A DNA stretch of 63,887 nt, the filler included, from Atractiella rhizophila (Eukaryota), in NCBI GenBank assembly GCA_021432655.1. It is 15 parts of 15 records of this genome, joined end to end, with 100 filler letters (N's around TTAATTAATTAA, not from the genome) between each part and the next. Parts side by side here need not be neighbours in the genome. Positions count along the whole stretch, not along the records: positions 9,423 to 14,010 come from MU272439.1; positions 14,111 to 18,686 come from MU272440.1; positions 18,787 to 23,343 come from MU272441.1; positions 23,444 to 27,978 come from MU272442.1; 11 more parts are not named here. One strand, 5' to 3'. The notes below the pieces were generated by a model. That model was not told where the DNA came from. It saw nothing but the letters and a program-made list of their open reading frames with translations, and ran no database searches. Below are positions 12,475-24,389 of the stretch, piece after piece; the first letter of the stretch is position 1; each line of letters opens with the position of its first letter. A program made the position numbers and the translations under genes.

Positions 12475-14010
12475 CAGTGCTCCCACGCATATGCATACAC
12501 GTACGGTGTACTGCCGTACCGTACAGCGAAAACCCATACCTATACAGCCTTTACTTATCAAATATACTGTCAGTATTGACCCTGAAAGTATCCGTATATA
12601 GATTGCTAACGTAAGCTTGATATGTCCATATATTGTGATACGGGCTATGCCAACGGCAGCTGACGCGGCCCAGACATGAGACGTCCAGACCAGATGGTGA
12701 AACACAGACTCCAGAAACCGCTGTCACTTGCATCAGTAATCTTGGGGACACCCAATTTTTTTCCTTCTTATGGCTTCTTTCCGAATTCCCCGATGTGTGT
12801 GACCATTTGAACGAAGCTATAAAAGTATGTCCCTTTCTCCCACTTTCTCCTTTCATATCCAGTCAGAATTGTAGGAAGAGTTGTCCTGCAAAGAGGAAGA
12901 GGTTCAGTTATCTTGACACAGACGGAGAGAAGGATGAACGGAATGAAGATGAAGGTAGTGAGGAGATGGAGACTGAGGATGGAGAGAGGCTTGATTTGGA
13001 CATGGCAATTACAAGGGTGAGCTGCCTTGTTCCTGTTTTCTAATTCAATTGCTGAGTTGTGTCCTGGATGGAGCTAGGGTAGGAAGAGCGAGGCAAAGAA
13101 GATGCAAGCTCGAAGTGCCCCACCTCCGGTGGCAAAGAAGGTGACATTCTGTTTACTGCTTCTCAAACTCCACTTCTCATTTCAAGCATAGATCAGAGTA
13201 GCCCAGATGGACCGGAAAGCATGTGCAGCTCACAAACACCAACCAAGAAGGGGGAAGAAGAGTGTCCCCCAAATGCATGCCGAAATGGATGCGAGCGGTC
13301 CTCCTCCAGACGCCAGTGATGTCAATGGAGATGAGGAGACGACGAGGAGAAAACCAAAGGCAAACCCGAATATGGGAATGTTGGACCGTCCGTGTTTCCT
13401 CTCTAGTAACACATTGACATGTTTTACTTTATTAGCATGACCCCAACCACACCAGCATATCCCAATGGGACAGAGAACAACCGCTCAAAATATCAGTGTA
13501 AACTTGGTTGCGGGTATGGGTTTTGCTCTGTGGACATGAAGTTGCACTAATTTTGGCAATTCCCCATAGCGCTGTCTACTCCTTCTTTGGCTGCGAGTAT
13601 TCAAACCTCAACAAGCATACTCATACCTGCAAGAAGCGTGGAAAAGCTGAAGAACTCGATATCAAGCTCCCTGAGCAGCCTCCTCGAATGCGCAACCCAG
13701 ATGGAGATCCCAATGCTTTCAACAGTTTCTCTACTCTGAAGAAACGGACACGAGAAGAATGTGACCAACTCTTTCACAAGATTGTCGAGTGGATTCTTCG
13801 ACCTGACAAGCCCTGGACAAGGTCGAAGAGGATGGGTTCAAGGAACTTATAGGCTTTCTTGATGAGACCGTTAAGGTTTACGGCACGACAACCACCCGAA
13901 CTTGGGGCCTCCCAACTTCACTCTGCGTTGAAGGTGCAGGTGCAACAAGAGATAGATGTAAGTCCTTGCTTGTGGTTAAAGAAGTTTCTTAACTCAACGG
14001 TCAAAGGCAC
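12475..14010 (+). mobile_element. hAT transposon, left end and 5' transposase relic
   Basis: Starts CAGTGCTCC with CCGTAC-rich subterminal repeats. BED-finger-like KYQCKLGC...SNLNKHTHTC, then IVEWILRPDKPWT/VEEDGFKELIGFL across a frameshift at ~13820. Confidence 0.7.
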
Positions 14011-14111
14011 NNNNNNNNNNNNNNNNNNNNNNNNNNNNNNNNNNNNNNNNNNNNTTAATTAATTAANNNNNNNNNNNNNNNNNNNNNNNNNNNNNNNNNN
14101 NNNNNNNNNNC

Positions 14112-17100
14112 ATGGCACAGAGTTTTCAAGTCGTCTCCCGCCCTCGCGCCACTTCGACAAGCGCCTCCCGCTCACCCGCACTCACGCCCTCGAGCTCCAT
14201 GCCTATCCTCTCCCGCGGCAGCCCTTCATCCGGACCCACTCCAGCCGCCGAGTCGAAAGTGTACAAGCCGCTCAAGTCACGTACTTCTTCTATCTCCTCC
14301 TCCACGCGTCCGCGCCCTCCTTCCTCCAATCCGTTTCTCAAAGACAGATCGTCCGCTTCCTCCAGACCTGCTACGGCTAACACGCTCTCGCCTTCTACGA
14401 GCGACTACTCTCTCGCTGGGAATGAAGCTAGACTCAGGACTATGGAACGGTTTCCCTCCCCTCCTGGGAGCCCGAAGATGTTCAAGAAGGGATTAGGAAT
14501 CCCGTCTAGCACTAGCGCTAGCCCTGCTTCGGCAAACGTTGGTTTGGGAATTAGAGGCATGGAAAACGGCGGCGTCAAGGGGTCGAGAGTGAGCATGTTG
14601 AAGAGGGAAGATGGGACACCAACACTCGACCTCCTCGATTTGAAGCGCAATTCAAATTCACTATGGGATGCGCTCGACCTGCCAGCTTTCGACCGCCCAG
14701 CTTCGACCAGTACAGCGGCAGTCTTAGATCCCGTTCCACCTCTTCCAGCGCAGAGGGAGAATGCCCCGTCTTTGACGAGTAAGACGAGCACGGCGAGCAT
14801 GCGGAGCACGACCAGTCGACCTCCTCCTATCCCCCAGTCGTCCACTTCCGGCCCGACGCTTCCGGGGGGACGGAAACGAAGCAACACGCTGGCGTCCGTC
14901 AAGTCCCCAGCTTTCGGACTGATGGATCCACCCATGTCCGCCTCTCCCTACATTTCCACCACCCTCGCACCCCCTCCGCCACCTTCGATGACCCGAGTCG
15001 GCTCTGCGCCGGTTCTGCCTCCGCTGTCCCCTTCTTTCCCCACGGGGATAGCGAGGAAACATTCCGCGCCGGATGTCACCATCCCTCCTTTCGGAGAGCT
15101 GGGCATGGACGAAGAGGCCCTGCTCCCTCCTCCTTCTCCGGCTTTTGCGAATGGAGTGGATAGCCATAATCAGAGCGGAAGGTCGAGTCCGGTGGGGAGC
15201 ATCAAGTCGATCAAGAGCTTGAGTGGGAGGTTGAGGAAGAAAGAGAAAGAGAAAGAGAAGGAAGCGGAAGGAGGTGGAGGGGAAAGGAGGGGTAAATTGT
15301 TCAAGAAACGTAAAGACGTATCGGTCCCTCCAAGTCCCAGTCCACTCAGTCCAGGCTTCAACACCTCCACCGAAGCCTCACCTAATATGATGTCTGCATT
15401 TGAGGACGATCTCGCCCCGCCACAGCCGAGGAGTAGGAGAAGCAGCTTCTCACTCCCGAAACTTCTATCCAAGATGCGAAAGTCGGAAGCTGCCAAGACC
15501 CCGCCCCCATTACCCACTGGGACACCACTCACCGCGGGATTTGCAGCTGCACAGCAAACCGTTCTAGGGAGGAAGAAAGATGATGTGAAGTTGACGGATC
15601 TGATGAAGCCGGAGGAAAAGGAGGAGATTGAGAAGTTTTACGAGAAAGCGAAGGCACAAGCGCAGGCGGCGGACGAGGAGAAGGAAATGAGCCCCGCTAT
15701 CACTCCTATGGCCACTAGCTTTGGGATGGAGAGGGCGAATAGTAATCCGCCAGGTTCGTCTTCCTTTACTTCCTTCTATATTCATTAACGATGTGTTCAC
15801 CAGAAGCGTCGACATCCTCTCTGCCAACACGTCCTCCGATCCCTCGAGCTACGTCAGAACTCACGCCGTCATCATCCTCTACCTCACTCGCCAAACTCTC
15901 CAAGCCCAAATCTCCTCCCGCCCGTCTCAACCTTCCACCTCTAGTTCCTCCTTCACCTAGTCCCAAAGTGTCCATCGACACTCCTCGAGCATTGGGGAGC
16001 GCCAAACCACCTCTGCGCGTGGATACGAGCGCGACCAACACTCCTCTGCGTCCCAGCTTCGACGAGAGGGGCGGACGGCCAAGCTTTGACGTCCGATCAA
16101 GCTTCGAAGAGAGGGGTGTGAGGCCGAGCTTGGATGAGAGGGTGAAACCTATGCCGAGGAAGAAGTCGACGCTGGACATTGAAAGTTCTGGTAGACATAG
16201 TCCGACGGATAGGATCCCAAGCCCTGCAGATCGGTTGCCCAGCCCGGCTGCTCTTGATGCTATGCCTATCTCTCCTTGGAATACGGAGGGCAAATTGCTG
16301 GACACCTCGCCGCAGAGGAATATGGACCGCCTCCCTTCGCCATCGACGTCCAATGCGGACAAACTACCAAGTCCGACGATGACAACCAACACCCATGATT
16401 TCGTCCTCTCCCCAGTTTCTGTCTCGTCCGCTGGAGGAGTGGAGAGGTACCCCTCGATGAATTCGTCGTTCCGCTCACCTACACAACACTCGGAACTCTT
16501 CGAAGTCGAAGCCCCGGCTCCGTTCAAGATGCACTCCGTCGAATCCTGGGAACATCCAACTTCGACCTCCGTATCGCACGTAGGTCACTCAGCATGTTCG
16601 AATGGTGCTGCATCTGGTGTGCCAGAAAAAGAGGTGGTGGAAGAGGTGGAAAGCGAAGTGGAGTCGGAAAGTGAGGGAGAGGATCACTTCGAAGAGGCTC
16701 TTGCCGCACGGCCGGAGAGCGAAGATAGTGCCAGCGCGAGTGCCAGCGATGATGACGTGCCGTTGGCTGAGCGTCATCCCACGGCTTTGAAGGCGCAGAA
16801 GAGCTTGAGGTTGTTGGCCAAGGGGAAGCAGCAGAATGGTCGAGCTCCGCCTAAGCCAAAGGCTACTATGGTATCGGAACCTCCAGTGCCTAATTCGAAA
16901 GGACTAGAGGAGATTCGTCGGATATCTTCAAACGCACAAGCAGATTCTCGCTCGAACCCTCAGACAGAACCTCGTCGAATCGTCCCGAATCCCATCGATG
17001 AGACTGGTTACAAGCACGAGAAGTCGGTACATACCGTATTCGACGTCAATCTACTCAACAACAAGCTCAGTAAATTGCAGAAGAGGTTGGAGGTAGAACG

Positions 17101-18686
17101 AGCGCGTCCAGATTCAGTGAGCTCCGAAGTCGATATTCTCAAGAAAGGTCCAATTGGACACAGTCTGCTTCCACAGACAGAAGCAAGCGTACGAACTCGC
17201 GCAAACAGAAGTGGATCTATGCCTCATCCCGCTGCCCTGTCGCCTTTCGTTTCGGATTCCGTACTAACAATGGGGAGCGACGACGGGCACTCATCGTCTA
17301 CGCGCGGACAAACAGAAGGAGTCAGTCGACAACCGACTCGGGCAGGCCAATCGTTATCCCGACGTCCTACTGGTCCTCCGAAGAAACTGAAACCGACTCT
17401 CAACGACAATGTGCCCGTGCCTGAGATGCCCCCACCCTCTCCTCGAACGCAGGCTTTCAAACCACCAGCCAAATCAGCTTCTGCATCTGTATCCCGTCAG
17501 CCCTCGACTTCAAAGCGGGCGGTGCTACCTCCTCAAATGCCGCCCATTCTCCCTCGCTCAGCAGAGATCCCACAAGCTCCTATGCAAACTACGTCAAACC
17601 AAACTGAGCAGAAAGTATACATTGGGGACCAGGAGAGATATTGCACCATTATTCTCGACGGATCCAAAACAGCAAGGATGCTACTAGAAGAGCTGAAGAT
17701 GAGAAAGGAGTTGAAAGACCCTGGAGAAGGGATGGGGTGGGCAATTTGGGAGGTTTATAGCCCCATGGGACTTGGTGAGATGACATTTCGACAATCAAAA
17801 ACTACGAGCTGACGTTCTGACAGAGCGTCCGCTGAGACATTGTGAACTTCTTACAGAAGTCTTGAAATCTTGGAGCACACAGGCAAGGTCATGCTTCTTG
17901 CTTGCTCGTCCGACCAGGTACGCCAGGTGGTTAACAAACGATGTTAGTCGTCCCTTTCCGTACTACGCATGAAGCTGATAAGAGCATCACAGAGCTACTC
18001 AAAGTCAGTCTCGCATGGAGCTTATGTCCATTACGAGACCAAGAAGGGACACTGGAACAAAAGGTTTTTACGTCTCAACGATCACTCTGTTGCCTACACC
18101 AAGAACGAGCAGGTTCGTACTATACAAGTTTCTTGTTATGTCCTGATCGAGCCCTACAGAGTGATACGAAGAAGGAGACATTCTTGTGCACCCTGACGAA
18201 TTTTGACCTTTTCCTTGCGACTCCCTCGATGGTGAAAAAGCTTCATGCACCGCGGCAGTTCGCCTTCGCCATCAAGTCCATCGACCCTGTCACCTTCTTC
18301 GAGAACGTCGAACAAGATTACATCCACTTCTTCTCCGTAAAGACGGAAGCCGACCTTGACAGATGGGTTAAAGCTTGCTTGACCTCTGAAAGAAGAGGTG
18401 GTGCCACCACGTCTTCTCGGCGTTCCGTGGACGAAGGACGCAATGGACCTCTGCTAAACAGTATCCCATCGTCCTCTCCAACAAGCCAACCAGTCGGTCG
18501 GCAGGCTTCGTCTGCATCTCGCCGTCGCCCCAGCGTCCCCAACGCTAATGGCCAGTTCACCAAAGGCTCACTTCTCGAGAGCTCTCCACTTTTGGCCACT
18601 TCACCACCCTCCATGCCGCCGGCTCTTCCTCCAATGGGCAGTGGTAAGCTGGCTATGCCGGACCAGAAGACATGGGAGCGGATGAC
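14112..18686 (+). CDS. Large Ser/Pro-rich protein with C-terminal RA-like and PH domains (partial, spliced)
   Basis: Long ORFs 14112-15750 and 15804-17775. KVYIGD...WAIWEV...ERPLR is RA-like, and KKGHWNKRFLRL...FAFAIK...LDRWVKA is PH-like. Confidence 0.75.
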
Positions 18687-18788
18687 NNNNNNNNNNNNNN
18701 NNNNNNNNNNNNNNNNNNNNNNNNNNNNNNTTAATTAATTAANNNNNNNNNNNNNNNNNNNNNNNNNNNNNNNNNNNNNNNNNNNNAC

Positions 18789-20528
18789 ATGTCGGTGCCT
18801 TCTTCAACTTTTGAGGCTGAAACCAATCATTTGTCTGATGTGCGGATCATTCTCAACTTTTAGCTTGCTTTCAGAAAGCTGACGTTGTTTCGTCATAGTT
18901 AAGGATCGATGGAAGTTCCAACTCTCGATTCAACGCTTACTGTATGGATCCGATATCAAACGAGGGCCAATCGTATGACCAGGACTCTCATGGTGCCAAA
19001 CAGAGCAGACAGGACATTCCCAACAGCCCTGGACGCGAAATAAGAAGCGACCAATTCGCTACTCTCTGGCTCGATGATCTGCAGGGCAGCATGCATGCGC
19101 TTTGCAAGGATCAATTCGTCTGCAGGTATCTTCAAAAGAAGTTGGAGGAAGGTAACCCCGAGCATCGCGATATGATCTTCCAGGAAATCTACCCGCACTT
19201 CAGTCAATTGATGACGGACAAGTGTATGTCGTCCTTTTCCAGAGATCTTAGTTGACAACATCTGGAGCAGGTGGCAATTATCTCGCCCAGAAACTATTCG
19301 AGTTTTCTTCCAGCGAGCAGCGAGAAGCCCTCCTCGAGCATATTTCGAATGAACTGGTCTCCATTGCGTTGAACATGCATGGAGCTCGAGTTGTCCAGAA
19401 GATCATGGAGCACCTCTCCACCCAGCGCCAAGTTCAGATCTTAATCGCCGCTCTTGATTTGAATGTGGTTGCCTTGATTCGCCACTTGAGCGGGAATCAT
19501 GTCGTCCAAAAGTGCCTCCATCACCTGTCTCCAGAAGACAACCAGGTTTGTTAGTCCTTCCGTCGGATCTGCGAATTGATTCCTTTGTCTCAGTTCATCT
19601 ACAATGCCGTGGCTGCTAACTGTGTTGAAGTCGCGACCGACCGCTACGGATGCAGTATCGTTCAGCGATGCATCGATAATGCAACAGAATGGCAAAGGAT
19701 TCAACTCACCGAGCAGATCATCAACCACTCCCTCACGCTGGTGCAAGATCCTTTTGGCTCGTTTCGCCCTGCCCTTCAAGGATTTATTACTGACATTGAG
19801 GAATAGGCAATTACACTGTTCAGTATTGTTTGGACCTTTCTAATGCTCGCTTGACGGAGGCCATTATTCGCCAATTCTTGGGCTACATTTGCGCTCTGTC
19901 TGTCCAGAAGTTTAGCTCGAATGTGATTGAAAAAGCCCGGCTCCCTCCTACCTCGATTATGCCCAAGCTGATTGATGTGCCGTATAGTGTATTCGCGTTG
20001 CAGATCCCGTGGGAAGGCAGGCTATTCTCGGTGAGATCCTGGCGGATAATAACGCCGTGAAGTTGCTTCAAGATTCATTTGGAAATTATGTTTGTCAGAC
20101 CGCTCTGGATTATGCCGATCTTGATCAACGAACCGCGGTATGTCGATACGTGAACCAACTGTGCGCTAATGAGACGACAGCTCATCGCTCAGATCAGACC
20201 CATTCTTCCGCAAATCATGTGTACTCCTCACGGCAAGAGGATTCAAAGAAAGATTTCCCGTGACAGCAACGGCGGAGGATTCCGTCACCATGCTCGCAAA
20301 TACGTAACGCCTACTGGGGGACTTGGTGGCCTCTCTCTTCCCATTCACCAGCTCGTCTCGAACCATCCTCTTCCCAACTCCAGCTCGCCCCTATACGTCT
20401 TTGCGGGTGGTCACGAACATAATCACCCCGTCACCAGTGTTCTTGGGTTCTCCAATAACGTTGCCGGAGTCAATCTTAACGGCCTCAATTGTCCCAACCT
20501 CAACAGTCACAGTTATCGGTTCTTTTAA
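18789..20528 (+). CDS. Pumilio/PUF RNA-binding protein, Puf4/Mpt5-like (8 repeats, spliced)
   Basis: Repeats CRYLQ, GNYLAQ, GARVVQ, GNHVVQ, GCSIVQ, GNYTVQ, SSNVIE, GNYVCQ, then TPHGKRI. Two introns need GC donors. Confidence 0.85.
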
Positions 20529-20878
20529 AAGGTGTCAAATCCCCTTGTGCTCGGAATGGCACCTCTATTCCCAACGCGACGGTACATTTCTCCTTTCCGC
20601 TACCACCGATTGGAGTGACCAAATGAAATTGTCGAATTGCCTTGTGCGCATGAGTCGCTATCCATCACCTAATCGATTGATTTAATCACTTTTCAACCCT
20701 TCGCCGGTTAGACAAATCGGTTTTAACAATGGATATTGTTGGTATTACAGAATGGAATGAATATTTATTCACACCTACCTGCTTTATGTACTTGCAAAGA
20801 AGGAACCCTAGGATACAAGGATCAGGTAAATATAAAAACGAGAACAAAGAATGTTATTCAGAACAAGTGCCACTGAAG

Positions 20879-21576
20879 TCGGGACTGGTATGAGTGTGTC
20901 GTGACTAACTCATGATCAAATTACATGAAAATTTTCCCAAATCTTGGAGCTCATATTCATATCATGTTCATTCATTCAAAGCAATCATGAAGAGGGGAAT
21001 GAGGCATGGAATTTCTTGATAAATCATGAGTATGAGTCTAAGACTAAGAATCATGAATCTCAAGCATGTGACACAGTTGTCTGAGGGGAAGTACTACTTT
21101 GAACTTATATTCAAACGGGTGCTCAAGCGAGGAAAGGTTAGTCAGCCGAAGAACTCTTTTCCCTAGACAAGAATGTGCCTACCATGTACCCGTCGCCAAT
21201 GCAAGTGGGGCAAACTGATGAAAATTTAGTTAAAATTTCCATATGAGCAGCTAACTCATGAGTTAGGTGTGAATTGACAAAATCGTGCGCCTCCTCCTTT
21301 CGCCACTTGCGCACTTTCGCGTTTAGTTTCCTTCGAGCACTTTCTGGAACTGTGGCCAATCTTTTGCCACAGGGATCTCTCTGTTATAAAAGCTTGTAAA
21401 CCTGCAAGTGCGAGACTTATACTTATTGTTATCTCGCACTTCGCAGGTAATGTAGTTTCCTTACATACTAAATGCAACATATACTTATTGTTATCTCGCA
21501 CTTCGCAGCAATAATACATTTGTCATGAATGGTAGCATGATAACTCATGATTAACCTGCATTCATATCAGTCCCTA
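20879..21576. mobile_element. Non-autonomous hAT-like element (698 bp)
   Basis: Left end TCGGGACTGGTATGAGTG matches the reverse complement of the right end, TAGGGACTGATATGAATG, at 15/18. TSD CACTGAAG/CACCGAAG matches 7/8. Many TCATGA subterminal motifs. Confidence 0.85.
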
Positions 21577-23443
21577 CACCGAAGCGAGATTCTCCAAAAC
21601 AACCCTCACACCAGTCGTCTCGCTTCACAGCTCACTTCCTGGAATTAATGGTCATACAAATAACCCTATGTATGTGGCATGCTGCTTCTTAAAACTAATT
21701 TGTCGTCTGCAGCTGAAATTATGATTTTCAGCTGCTGTCAGGATTTCGATAGCACGGAATATGGTGCCGCGGACACATTTGGGGTCGCCCCGATAAGTAG
21801 GTCTGACGCAACTACCAATATATTTTACAAGTTCTTGTTTTTCAAAATGTTCTTCCGCGCTGCCTTGCATTCCCCATTGGAATGGCTCGCTGTCCCGTGA
21901 ACTGTTTTCCCGGTATGCATTTCCATCGAATCAGACTCGGATGACGAGGGTTTCTCGAACGTGGTCTGAATACTACAGAATCAAGAAAGTGAAGACTGTA
22001 AAACGAGTGTGAATGATTTTTTTGTGGAAAGGTGTCGACAGGGTCACTTGACGAGTTGCTGACTGCATGTCGGTGTGACGACAGGCGTCGAACGTACAAC
22101 TGCTTATTACCCAGCCTGACCACAGCAGGTACTGGATCTCCTTCATGTGCAGTAGGCTTATCCTTCGAGATTACTGCGTCACCATGACGGACCCTTTTGG
22201 TACCGTCAAAACTCTCAAACCAGCTGGTCCGTCTGTTTTTCGCAGCTTGCGCAGCTTGAAAGTGACACTGAAGTATTGCAGGATCATATCAACTTGAATC
22301 AGCTGCTAACCGAACTATGCCCGCCTTTAAGACCATTCTTCATGACGTTCGACCCGCTCTCACACTCGGTGCCGATGGAGCCCTTTCGAGAACTATCTGC
22401 ACTCACGGATTTCCTCTATTACCCACCCTCTCAGGAAGAAGTTCAGGCTGGTGTCTACGTGCTTATTCGCAATTCTACAAGTGAGGTGCATTTTTCACTT
22501 TATTGTGGACATGTACATGGTCATCTCATGCATCCTCCTGCCAGGTGAGACATTTGGTTTCCTCATACAGGAGCTTCTCCTCCTGGCAGATCAACAACAC
22601 GCTCAAGGTAGTGCTGTCATACTCCGGCGCCGCCTGGATCTCGTTGGGCTCCGTCCAAATTTCAGCCATCTCTTCTTCAGGCCGAGACTGAGTCGGAGTC
22701 AACCTGAACTTACAGCAAAGGTGAGCTAACTCATCCTCATTACATGACTGACTACAATCCTTTTAGATTTTCCTTGACTGTCCTGTCAACGTACAGCATG
22801 CATGCCTAATGGCGGGCTGCACGGACGATGTGTGAGGAGCCGTTTACCATGAACGTCTGTCACTCGCCCAGCCATTCGTCATCGGCAAGCTGCAACTCGG
22901 CCTGACACTTTCATCCTCAACTTGTGTTCCCTACGCAATAGTGAGCCCATGCACGACCTGTGCCCTCCAGTTCCTCAACTTAATCGGCTCAGCGTAGTCC
23001 GCGCAGGAATGCAGCGCCACAAAGAATTGACGGGCAGCCGTACATTCTGACTTGGTCCATTTGATTTTTCTTTCTTCGCCCACACTCATGCTCGGTCTCT
23101 GCATCATAATGACCCCACTTCAAAAGTGATCCCATGCCTCTTCCGTGACATCAGTTGGCGTTGTTCCGGCTTCATAACTCTGCTGTTAATCACGCATCAA
23201 AATCTCATGCCTGCACACAAGAAGCATGCACTTTGTTCGCAAGGTAAGATCAGTGATCGTGTTACAAAGGAAGGCTTGTCCTATGATCGTGGTGTCTACA
23301 GAGTCTTGAGTCTTCCAAGCCCAAGAGGAAGCTGTATGCCTACNNNNNNNNNNNNNNNNNNNNNNNNNNNNNNNNNNNNNNNNNNNNTTAATTAATTAAN
23401 NNNNNNNNNNNNNNNNNNNNNNNNNNNNNNNNNNNNNNNNNNN

Positions 23444-24389
23444 ACCTCTTGTCTCTTCCTTTTGCCGATTGCCCTCTGGGTATCATCAAATTGCCACGCT
23501 GCGTGGGACAGGCTCTTCATCTTGAAGATCTCGTCATTTCTGATGCAGTCAATCGTGACGACCATCGCAGCATATGCGTCCACCATTGCGTTATGGTTGT
23601 GCGTGAGCTCCTTGCCTGTGACGTTCTTGAAGAGGGTGGCAAGCTTCTGGGGACGAGGGTACTTCTCGTATCGGGTATTTCTGAGTTTGAGGAGCTGGTA
23701 GGGGTCAAAGACCTTCCTCTCGTATGGCTCGATATCCACCTCGACCTCTTGGAATTCTCTCACGAGGATGGGCCAGTCGAATTCCTTTATGTTGTAACCA
23801 AAGATTCTGGACGATTTCTCGATGAAGTGGAGCAGTCGGGGTGCGATGTCCCTAAAAGTGGCACACCACATGACGTCCATGTCGTAGATCCCGTGCACTC
23901 GCTGGCTGGTTTGGGGATGACGCGGTCAGGAAAGACACGTATGTTGAAGGAGAAGTGGTGATCGTGGTGCTTGGGGAGGACGACGAGGCCTATCTCGACG
24001 ATATTGTCGTTGAGTGTGCTCAGTCCTGTGGTCTCCAGGTCGGTGCAGACGACAAAGTCTTTCCACCTCAGTCCCATCGCCTTGGCATAGTCGACCAGGT
24101 TTCTATATCCGTCCCAAGGATGTGCGTCGCCTTCATCGAGCGGCCTGATGCCCATGGCCCGTTCAAAGAAGCGACAGAACAGGTTCTGGCTGCGCAAGTT
24201 GAGTCCGTCAAGGTCAAGCGTGTTAAGGACCTCTGGGAGGTCCTCTTCGAAGGTGCTGCGTAAGGAGAATCTAAAGGTGTCGTGTGCCGATTTCGTCGCA
24301 TAGCAAAATGCCTCTTCGATATGGTCCTGGAGGGTCCTTGCTCTTGTATGGTAAGACATGTTTTCTTCTTTGGAATCTGTTTTGGTCAT
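23444..24389 (-). CDS. DEDDh 3'-5' exonuclease, DnaQ/Pol III epsilon-like; intronless, one frameshift, 3' end cut by spacer
   Basis: ExoI TDLETTGL...IVEIG, HGI, ExoII GYNIKEFD and ExoIII HNAMVDA. The two ORFs join with one extra base at ~23899 (PASE|VHGI). Confidence 0.85.

Noticed and set aside
14126..16527. Several long minus-strand ORFs
   Set aside because: Shadow frames of the Ser/Pro-rich plus-strand gene.
21600..23343. Short ORFs and exon-like fragments (also 10650-11600, 26700-27978, 37343-37637, 38400-39700)
   Set aside because: No family recognised and no consistent spliced model could be built.
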